Below are positions 1 to 5,635 of a stretch of 5,816 nt of DNA, one piece after another; the first letter of the stretch is position 1; each line of letters begins with the position of its first letter. The notes beneath the pieces are model-generated. The model had not been told where the DNA came from. It saw only the letters and a program-made list of their open reading frames with translations, and did no database searches. This stretch comes from a virus. Its lineage: Duplodnaviria; Heunggongvirae; Uroviricota; Caudoviricetes. A program made the position numbers and the translations under genes. The stretch lies in IMG/VR virus record IMGVR_UViG_3300013903_000020; one strand, written 5' to 3'.

Positions 1-180
1 CGAACCTTCCGTGAGAAATATTCCGAGTCTCCCATTTCAGCTACTGACTGGTACTATAGATTTAGCCGCGATGATGGTAAATGTTGTAATGACCTTGAAT
101 TTTTCAGTTGCACTTGCCTGAAATGCGATCGAGCAGGTGAGTGCGAGGCCCCCCAAGAGCATGGTTACTTTTTTTATTGA
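1..180 (+). CDS. 3'-terminal fragment of an unidentified gene entering from upstream of the window (Cys-rich C-terminus ...CCNDLEFFSCTCLKCDRAGECE...)
   Basis: Frame 1 is open from base 1 to a TGA at 178-180 (59 codons) with protein-like composition and several Cys pairs. There is no in-frame start inside the window, so it is absent from the ORF track. Identity unknown. Confidence 0.3.
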   Translation, partial: RTFREKYSESPISATDWYYRFSRDDGKCCNDLEFFSCTCLKCDRAGECEAPQEHGYFFY

Positions 181-260
181 GCGCATAATTTAGTACCTAT
201 AGTGAGCAAAATTAGAACAAACATAGCAACGGCTATGTTTTATAGCATAACCTATACAAA

Positions 261-544
261 ATGAAAATGATTATCATTAACAACTTTGAGGCCCAAAACA
301 GGGATTAGTTTGTTTCCTGCTGGATGAAAGGACTCTTGGGATAGCACATGCCGCACGAAGAGCAGCATTACATGATGTTTTGTCGAATGAGCTACGAATC
401 CTGATAGAAATACGAAACAAGCTAGCACATGGACAATGGATCTATCCCTTCAATAATGAAGGAAATACTGTGGACCCTGATAAATTTAAATTAATCGATA
501 AAGAAAACTTGCAGTCACTTCAATTCAAATATTCATTAGCATAG
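261..544 (+). pseudogene. Disrupted small ORF with a HEPN-like R-x4-H motif (possible abortive-infection or toxin remnant)
   Basis: ATG at 261 opens a 15-codon frame-3 ORF (MKMIIINNFEAQNRD) ending at TAG 306-308. Frame 2 is open from 290 to TAG 542-544 and encodes ...ELRILIEIRNKLAHGQWIY..., with RNKLAH at 413-430. A single-base change in the A-run near 295-298 would fuse both parts into one ORF of about 97 aa. No Shine-Dalgarno sequence upstream of 261. Confidence 0.3.
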
Positions 545-813
545 CATTTAGCTGATGCTGTACATGATTTGGTTGTAAGTCCTACGACATTCGAACGAGA
601 TTTCGAAAGCCATTTTAAAAATTCTTTTACGTCCGCTCCTCGCTCATAACAGGCATTCACTACATTTGTCTTCATTGGCTATGCAAGTCGTAATACAAGG
701 TGGGGCAAAACTGAGACACATAAGGTCTCTCACAAAGGTCTGCAAGGCCTCACATGTATTGAGATGTTAATAAAATGTAGACTTGTAATTTTGATATAAA
801 TGGTAGATAAAAC

Positions 814-826
814 CTTTCCCCAAAAT
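814..826 (+). promoter_or_regulatory. Isolated copy of the TTCCCCAAAA motif; candidate integrase arm-type site on the far (P-arm) side of the icd segment
   Basis: CTTTCCCCAAAAT at 814-826 matches the three tandem repeats at 1175-1211 and lies about 120 bp upstream of where icd homology starts. Confidence 0.3.
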
Positions 827-911
827 AAAAACGAACGTCAATGAAATCAAACGGTTGAATAAAGTTGATTTTGGCTAATAAAAAAACAATAAAATAATTT
901 TTATCATTAAA

Positions 912-924
912 TATCAATTACTTG
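912..924 (+). promoter_or_regulatory. IHF-consensus-like site (WATCAANNNNTTR) next to the putative attachment core
   Basis: TATCAATTACTTG at 912-924 fits the IHF consensus at every specified position, in an AT-rich context about 20 bp upstream of the icd-homologous segment. Confidence 0.3.
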
Positions 925-943
925 AACTTAATGTTTTTATATA

Positions 944-1108
944 CTGCTGCGCCATATGGGCTGGACTGAAGCCGCAGACCTGATTGTTAAAGGTATGGAA
1001 GGCGCAATCAACGCGAAGACCGTAACCTATGACTTCGAACGTCTGATGGAAGGCGCTAAACTGCTGAAATGTTCAGAGTTTGGTGATGCGATCATCAAGA
1101 ATATGTAA
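944..1108 (+). pseudogene. icd: icd 3'-terminal segment (last about 54 codons of isocitrate dehydrogenase), phage-associated attachment-site copy, not a full gene
   Basis: Translation [54 protein letters not shown] matches the Icd C-terminus as I recall it. The frame is closed by TAA at 929-931 and upstream sequence is AT-rich non-icd DNA, so only the 165-bp tail is present. Confidence 0.85.
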
Positions 1109-1131
1109 TCACTACATGTGTTAAATATTGA

Positions 1132-1160
1132 AACGGGCGTATAACACGCCCGTTGTTTTA
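1132..1160 (+). terminator. Rho-independent terminator downstream of the icd segment
   Basis: Stem AACGGGCG (1132-1139), loop TATAACA, stem CGCCCGTT (1147-1154), then GTTTTAT. Sits 24 bp after the icd stop codon. Confidence 0.7.
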
Positions 1161-1174
1161 TGATGATGTAAAAT

Positions 1175-1211
1175 CTTCCCCAAAACTTTCCCCAAAACCC
1201 TTCCCCAAAAC
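1175..1211 (+). repeat. Three tandem direct repeats (C)TTCCCCAAAAC; candidate integrase arm-type binding sites (P'-arm analogue)
   Basis: CTTCCCCAAAAC (1175-1186), TTTCCCCAAAAC (1187-1198) and CCTTCCCCAAAAC (1199-1211) are head-to-tail, ending 11 bp before the int stop codon at 1222-1224. A fourth copy lies at 814-826. Confidence 0.6.
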
Positions 1212-1221
1212 TGGCTATTTT

Positions 1222-2364
1222 CTATGCTGTTTTGATATCTACGATAATCCAGTCTTTACCACGATCATCATTGTATCGGTCGGTCATTTTTCTGGATTTA
1301 TGGCCTAACAACTTTTGCGTATCCAGACCCTGTTCCCGATATAACCGTTCTGACAGAGATCGCTGCTCATGAAATGTGGGCGCAGTTCCTTGCTCCCATT
1401 TTATGCCACATTTTTCCCTGGCCTTTTTAAAAGCCGTTGTCAGAGTATTCGCAGAAACCTGGTCTCCTCTGTTTGCTTGAGAGGTTGTGTGACGGTAATG
1501 GACCAGATATTTACTAACAACAGCATCCCTGCACTGAGATATAACTTCACGAAGGGTAATATTCAGAGCATCGCATTTCAGGTTAAGCGGAATAGCAAGT
1601 TTTGAACCGGTTTTTTCCTGAGTAATGTGCAACATGTCGTCCCAGATATCAGAGAATTTCAAATTGCAGATATCGCCTAAACGTTGTCCAGTGACAAGAG
1701 CAAGTAGCATCCCGCATTTTAAATAGGGCTGCCGTCTGCTTACGCTGTCAAATATTGCCTGCCATTCGGGCAGTGATAATCTTTGGCGGTTTACTCGATT
1801 TCGCGGTTGTTTTGTTGCCTGCGCTGGGTTAAATCCTGGCGGAACATGTCCTGCGTGTTGTGCTTCTTTGAAGACGTCGATTAACACCATTCTCACGACT
1901 TGCGCCATCCTGTTATGACCTTCAGCCTTTACAGCATCAATTATTTCGGCAATATCAAGTGCGGTAATATCCTTGAGGTGTTGCATTCCACAATGCTCAC
2001 GGAAAAGACGAATGGGTTTGCCTTTTTGCCGATAGGAGTTGGGTCTTAGTTCATTATGTTGCAGCCTGTCCTCCTGGATAGAAATATATTTATCAAGCCA
2101 TTCTGTCACCGTAATGTCTGAGCGCCTGCCTTTCATTCTTTCCAGACGCTCATTGACGCTTAATATTTGTCGGGTACGTTGTTCAGCAATAATGGTATTT
2201 GCTTCAGTAGCAACTTGTTTTGCTTCATTCTCATCAGTTCCTAAGCTATGAAAACGACCGGATAGTGGATGTTTGTATTGCCAATATACCTTTCCGGTTC
2301 GCTTATCTAATTTGCAATATAAATTGGGTATAGAGATTTTGTGAGATCGGGGTCTAGCAGCCAT
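1222..2364 (-). CDS. int: Tyrosine-family site-specific integrase (e14 IntE / phage-21 Int-like, icd-targeting)
   Basis: 380-aa ORF with tyrosine-recombinase hallmarks: TGQR, H-E-Q-R (HxxR), and GHKS...TDRY with the catalytic Tyr near the C-terminus. It lies beside the att-like icd segment and overlaps the upstream xis by 11 nt. Confidence 0.95.
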   Translation of the reverse strand: MAARPRSHKISIPNLYCKLDKRTGKVYWQYKHPLSGRFHSLGTDENEAKQVATEANTIIAEQRTRQILSVNERLERMKGRRSDITVTEWLDKYISIQEDRLQHNELRPNSYRQKGKPIRLFREHCGMQHLKDITALDIAEIIDAVKAEGHNRMAQVVRMVLIDVFKEAQHAGHVPPGFNPAQATKQPRNRVNRQRLSLPEWQAIFDSVSRRQPYLKCGMLLALVTGQRLGDICNLKFSDIWDDMLHITQEKTGSKLAIPLNLKCDALNITLREVISQCRDAVVSKYLVHYRHTTSQANRGDQVSANTLTTAFKKAREKCGIKWEQGTAPTFHEQRSLSERLYREQGLDTQKLLGHKSRKMTDRYNDDRGKDWIIVDIKTA

Positions 2365-2590
2365 CAGCGATTATCCGTTGGAGTTTTGGGTTTGCGTTTA
2401 TTGGGAGTTGCGGTTCTGCAAGCGTTCCTACAAAACGGGAATTTCGGTCAATCATCCAGTAGCGACCAACTTTTATAGCTGGTGGGGCCATCATTTTCCC
2501 TTGCGCGTATTTTTTCAGAACTCGCTCACTTGGTGCTAAGTCCCCAAATTCTTCTTTAGCCCAGTCCTGTAAAGTGATTAGTCGAGACAT
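2354..2590 (-). CDS. xis: Excisionase / recombination directionality factor (XisE-like)
   Basis: 78-aa ORF immediately upstream of int with an 11-nt overlap and a strong SD (GAGGAGG, 4 nt before the ATG). Small basic protein in the canonical xis position. Confidence 0.8.
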   Translation of the reverse strand: MSRLITLQDWAKEEFGDLAPSERVLKKYAQGKMMAPPAIKVGRYWMIDRNSRFVGTLAEPQLPINANPKLQRIIADGC

Positions 2591-2729
2591 TTGTCCTCCT
2601 CTTAGCTGCTGAGGGAGTTTGTGACCGATATATCTGACATGATATTAAGCTCATGGCAGGTACATCTCATGACTGGTCATAGAGATAAATTTAATGCTGA
2701 GAAATGCAGTATTGAATTTATCAATTTTT

Positions 2730-2969
2730 CTATTTCCTGCGTATGGCACGTAACTTCTTAATGTGTTCTGCCGTTTCGATCTCTTCTGCTATCCGATCTG
2801 CATCAGCTTTATTCACAGGTTCAAAGTCATGATTAAAGCGGAACATGCTGGCGATACATGTTCTGCCTTTTCGGATGTAGTGAACTTTGTTATGGGTAGA
2901 ACGCAGGATTTTGCAGGGAGTGCCGTGGTGGTCGACGTACCAGGTGTTAGGGTAAATCACTCTGAACAT
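2730..2969 (-). CDS. Hypothetical small protein (79 aa) of the early-left operon
   Basis: ATG-initiated ORF on the same strand as int/xis, overlapping the stop of the upstream gene by 23 nt. Protein-like composition but no motif I recognise; SD is weak. Confidence 0.45.
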   Translation of the reverse strand: MFRVIYPNTWYVDHHGTPCKILRSTHNKVHYIRKGRTCIASMFRFNHDFEPVNKADADRIAEEIETAEHIKKLRAIRRK

Positions 2970-3279
2970 TCTTGACCTTGTGTTGTGCGGATTGATATTC
3001 AGTGGTGATATTCACCTTTATAGCGAACACCTTTACCGGTTTATCGCCAAAGTGCGGATGTGTGATTGTCTTCACTTCATATCCGTCATACGGAACATCA
3101 ATTCTGCGACTGGAATCGTCGCGCTTCGGATATCCCTTTGTGATAATCAGGCGGTCATATTCCCGGAACATAATTCGCTTATTCCAGTAGTCATTACACA
3201 AGCGATACTCTTCCGTTTTCTCTCCGCGAATCATGGCATCGAAGTATTCACTTTTAACAGCAAGTTGCAGGTTAGCCAT
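2947..3279 (-). CDS. ASCH-domain-like protein (GxKxxExR motif)
   Basis: The ORF is open to 3345, but the Met at 3277-3279 gives MANLQ... and its ATG overlaps the TGA of the upstream TraR-like gene (TGATG). IRGEKTEEYR carries the ASCH signature G-x-K-x-x-E-x-R. Confidence 0.6.
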   Translation of the reverse strand: MANLQLAVKSEYFDAMIRGEKTEEYRLCNDYWNKRIMFREYDRLIITKGYPKRDDSSRRIDVPYDGYEVKTITHPHFGDKPVKVFAIKVNITTEYQSAQHKVKNVQSDLP

Positions 3280-3500
3280 CACTTCATCCCCCTTTGTTTG
3301 CGGATAAGCTCCAGATCTTGCTGGCAACTGGCGCAAGTCCGACAACCCTGAACGGCCAGTCGTCTTCGTTCATCTATCGGATCGCCACACTCACAACAAT
3401 GAGTGGCAGATACAGCCAGGTAGTTCAGGCGGCGCATTTTTATTGCTGTGTTGCGCTGTAATTCTTCTATTTCTGATGCTGAATCAATGATGTCTGCCAT
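3279..3500 (-). CDS. TraR/DksA-family C4 zinc-finger protein
   Basis: 73-aa ORF with two CxxC pairs (C-C-E-C ... C-R-T-C) spaced as in the DksA/TraR zinc finger. Typical small early gene of lambdoid prophages. Confidence 0.85.
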   Translation of the reverse strand: MADIIDSASEIEELQRNTAIKMRRLNYLAVSATHCCECGDPIDERRRLAVQGCRTCASCQQDLELIRKQRGMK

Positions 3501-3552
3501 CTTTCATTAATCCCTGAACTGTTGGTTAATACGCTTGAGGGTGAATGCGAAC

Positions 3553-3576
3553 AATAAAAAAGGAGCCTGTAGCTCC
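3553..3576 (-). terminator. Putative rho-independent terminator for leftward transcription
   Basis: On the minus strand: GGAGC-tacag-GCTCC hairpin (plus 3562-3576) followed by TTTTTTAT (plus 3554-3561), 22 nt downstream of the stop at 3599. Stem is only 5 bp. Confidence 0.4.
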
Positions 3577-3598
3577 CTGATGATTTTGCTTTTCATGT

Positions 3599-3880
3599 TC
3601 ACCGTTCCTTAAAGACGCCGTTTAACATGCCGATCGCTAGGCTTAAATGAGTCGGTGTGAATCCCATCAGCGTTACTGTTTCGCGGTGCTTCTTCAGTAC
3701 GCTACGGCAAATGTCATCGACGTTTTTATCCGGAAACTGCTGTCTGGCTTTTTTGATTTCAGAATTAGCCTGACGGGCAATGCTGCGAAGGGCGTTTTCT
3801 TGCTGAGGTGTCACTGAACAAGCCCCATGTCGGCAAGCATAAGCACACAGAATATGAAGCCCGCTGCCAGAAAAATGCAT
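3599..3880 (-). CDS. Small hypothetical early-left protein (93 aa from ATG 3880; 71 aa if started at GTG 3814)
   Basis: ORF in the track. The first 22 residues (MHFSGSGLHILCAYACRHGACS) look non-native and the ATG lacks an SD. A GTG at 3812-3814 overlaps the TGA of a 27-codon upstream ORF (GTGA) and gives VTPQQENALRSIARQ... Confidence 0.5.
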   Translation of the reverse strand: MHFSGSGLHILCAYACRHGACSVTPQQENALRSIARQANSEIKKARQQFPDKNVDDICRSVLKKHRETVTLMGFTPTHLSLAIGMLNGVFKER

Positions 3881-3894
3881 TCAGTGGTTGTCAT
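3811..3894 (-). CDS. Candidate 27-aa hydrophobic peptide (MTTTECIFLAAGFIFCVLMLADMGLVQ), translationally coupled between two small genes
   Basis: ATG at 3892-3894 overlaps the TGA of the 63-aa gene (ATGA) and its own TGA overlaps the GTG at 3814 (GTGA). One predicted hydrophobic helix. Below the ORF-track length threshold; may be spurious. Confidence 0.2.
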   Translation of the reverse strand: MTTTECIFLAAGFIFCVLMLADMGLVQ

Positions 3895-4082
3895 ACCTGG
3901 TCTCTCTCATCTGCTTCTGCTTTCGCCACCATCATTTCCAGCTTTTGTGAAAGGGATGTGGCTAACGTATGAAATTCTTCGTCTGTTTCTACTGGTATTG
4001 GCACAAACCTGACTCCAATTTGAGCAAGGCTATGTGCCATCTCAATACTCGTTCTTAACTCAACAGGAGATGCTTTGTGCAT
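3891..4082 (-). CDS. Small hypothetical protein (63 aa), first gene of the leftward small-gene cluster
   Basis: ATG at 4080-4082 preceded by a strong SD (GGGAGG, 4 nt spacing). Acidic C-terminus and no obvious helix-turn-helix. Confidence 0.6.
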   Translation of the reverse strand: MHKASPVELRTSIEMAHSLAQIGVRFVPIPVETDEEFHTLATSLSQKLEMMVAKAEADERDQV

Positions 4083-4196
4083 ACCGCCTCCCGTTTATTA
4101 TTTATCTTCTCAGCCAGCCGCTGTGCTTTCAGTGGATTTCTGATAACAGAAAGGCCGGGAAATACCCAGCCTCGCTTTGTAACGGAGTGGACGAAA

Positions 4197-4619
4197 GTGA
4201 TCGCGCCTAATCAGGATGTCGTTGCCGCACTCATTGTGAATGAGTATCGAGCACAGGGCGGCGTCACCATCGATTTTCCTGATGATGTCAGTCGGGCACG
4301 CCAGAAGCTGTTCCGCTTCCTCGATAACAAATTCGATTCTGAAAAATACCGAAATAACGTGCGTGAACTGACCCCGGCAATTCTGGCGGTACTACCGCTG
4401 GAATATCGCGGCCACCTGGTTGAGCAGGATAGCTTCATGGCTAGGTTGGCTGAAATGGAAAAGGAACTCAGTGAGGCAAAACAGGCTGTCATTCTCAACG
4501 CACCACGCCACCAGAAATTGAAGGAAATTAGTGAAGGTATTGTGTCGATGTTTCGTGTGGACCCGGATCTGGCTGGTCCATTGATGGCGATGGTTACTAC
4601 CATGCTGGGGGCGATATGA
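4197..4619 (+). CDS. Early regulatory protein in the cII slot (possibly CII/YdaT-like), immediately upstream of the replication initiator
   Basis: The ORF is open from GTG 4077, but that start overlaps the divergent 63-aa gene and the first 40 residues look non-native. GTG 4197 has GGAG 9 nt upstream and gives 140 aa with a coiled-coil-like segment (MARLAEMEKELSEAKQ). Family not verifiable by eye. Confidence 0.5.
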   Translation: MIAPNQDVVAALIVNEYRAQGGVTIDFPDDVSRARQKLFRFLDNKFDSEKYRNNVRELTPAILAVLPLEYRGHLVEQDSFMARLAEMEKELSEAKQAVILNAPRHQKLKEISEGIVSMFRVDPDLAGPLMAMVTTMLGAI

Positions 4620-4705
4620 CAGGTTCAGAAATGGCGAAAGCCGGTCTGCTGGAACAGAACCGACTTTCAGGTGCAAATCGTAACACACTCATTGCGGGAG
4701 GAATT

Positions 4706-5635
4706 ATGGCAAACACTGCTGAGATATTCAATTTTCCAGTGCCGGATGCGGCACAAAAGGAGCCGCGCGTGGCAGATCTCGATGATGGTTATACGCGCAT
4801 TGCAAATGAGTTGCTGGAAGCTGTGATGCTGGCCGGATTAACACAGCACCAGCTTCTGGTCTTTCTGGCTGTCATGCGCAAAACATATGGCTTTAATAAA
4901 AAACTGGATTGGGTTAGCAACGAGCAACTTTCCGAATTAACCGGGATATTGCCGCACAAGTGTTCTGCTGCAAAAAGTGTTCTGGTAAAGCGTGGGATTT
5001 TTATTCAGAGCGGGCGGAATACCGGCATTAATAATGTGGTCAGTGAATGGTCAACATTACCCGAATCAGGTAAGAAAAATAAAGTTTACCTGAAAGAGGT
5101 AAATTTACCTGAATCAGGTAAAAAAAGTTTACCCAAATCAGGTAAAGGCGTTTACCCGAATCAGGTAAACACAAAAGACAAACTAACAAAAGACAATATA
5201 AAACCTTTTTCGTCCGAGAATTCTGGCGAATCCTCTGACCAACCAGAAAACGATCTTCCTGTGGTGAAACCGGATGCTGCAATTCAGAGCGGCAGCAAGT
5301 GGGGGACAGCAGAAGACCTGACCGCCGCAGAGTGGATGTTTGACATGGTGAAGACCATCGCGCCATCAGCCAGAAAACCGAATTTTGCAGGGTGGGCTAA
5401 CGATATCCGCCTGATGCGTGAACGTGACGGACGTAACCACCGCGACATGTGCGTGCTGTTCCGCTGGGCATGCCAGGACAACTTCTGGTCCGGTAACGTG
5501 CTAAGTCCGGCCAAACTCCGCGACAAGTGGACCCAACTCGAAATCAACCGTAACAAGCAACAGGCAGGCATGATAGCCAGAAAACCAAAACTCGACCTGA
5601 CAAACACTGACTGGATTTGCGGGGTGGATTTATGA
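4706..5635 (+). CDS. O: Lambda O-like replication initiator
   Basis: From ATG 4706 (SD GGGAGG at 4696-4701) the N-terminus MANTAEIFNF...VADLDDGYTRIANELLEA...MRKTYGFNK...SEQLSELTG matches the lambda O N-terminal DNA-binding domain as I recall it. An iteron array sits in the central linker. The ORF-track start at 4616 is probably a spurious extension. Confidence 0.9.
   Translation: MANTAEIFNFPVPDAAQKEPRVADLDDGYTRIANELLEAVMLAGLTQHQLLVFLAVMRKTYGFNKKLDWVSNEQLSELTGILPHKCSAAKSVLVKRGIFIQSGRNTGINNVVSEWSTLPESGKKNKVYLKEVNLPESGKKSLPKSGKGVYPNQVNTKDKLTKDNIKPFSSENSGESSDQPENDLPVVKPDAAIQSGSKWGTAEDLTAAEWMFDMVKTIAPSARKPNFAGWANDIRLMRERDGRNHRDMCVLFRWACQDNFWSGNVLSPAKLRDKWTQLEINRNKQQAGMIARKPKLDLTNTDWICGVDL
5057..5210 (+). 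repeat. Origin of replication: five 19-bp iterons (TTTACCyGAATCAGGTAAA, each an internal TTTACC/GGTAAA inverted repeat) followed by an A+T-rich segment
   Basis: Iterons at about 5057-5073, 5085-5103, 5104-5122, 5128-5146 and 5151-5169, then an AT-rich tract at 5170-5210. They lie inside the O-like gene linker, as in ori-lambda. Confidence 0.75.

Noticed and set aside
932-1108. A complete icd gene
   Set aside because: The reading frame is closed by a stop at 929-931 and upstream sequence is AT-rich non-coding DNA; only the 3' tail is present.
1369-2251. Plus-strand ORFs 1369..1605 and 2039..2251 inside the int gene
   Set aside because: Antisense shadow ORFs fully embedded in the well-supported integrase CDS, with junk-like composition and no RBS.
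2763-3351. Plus-strand ORFs 2763..2975, 2980..3351 and 3002..3190
   Set aside because: Antisense to the 79-aa, ASCH-like and TraR-like genes, which have coupling signals and recognisable motifs.
3501-3598. A DicF-like small RNA downstream of the small-gene cluster
   Set aside because: The 98-nt interval holds only a short terminator-like hairpin and no extended structured segment.
3827-4012. Plus-strand ORF 3827..4012 (61 aa)
   Set aside because: Antisense to the coupled small-gene cluster, low-complexity Leu/Ser-rich translation and no RBS. It could only matter if an antisense RNA exists, which the sequence alone does not show.
2591-4196. Canonical lambda-type cI, cro or N genes
   Set aside because: No ORF in the expected positions shows a helix-turn-helix repressor signature or an arginine-rich N-like N-terminus, so none is called; the gap is reported as a finding instead.
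4211-4688. Minus-strand ORFs 4211..4603 and 4392..4688
   Set aside because: Antisense to the cII-slot gene, with Ser/Arg-rich junk-like translations.
4077-4705. Long N-terminal extensions: GTG 4077 for the cII-slot gene and ATG 4616 for the O-like gene
   Set aside because: The 4077 start overlaps the divergent 63-aa gene and adds 40 non-native-looking residues. The 4616 start adds 30 residues before a Met that aligns with the lambda O N-terminus and has a GGGAGG SD. Internal starts at 4197 and 4706 are preferred, though 4197 is uncertain.
5057-5169. CRISPR array interpretation of the five 19-bp repeats
   Set aside because: The repeats are inside a CDS, are themselves palindromic, have short irregular spacing (19-28 bp) with no spacer-like unique segments, and are followed by an AT-rich tract. 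This is an iteron origin, not CRISPR.
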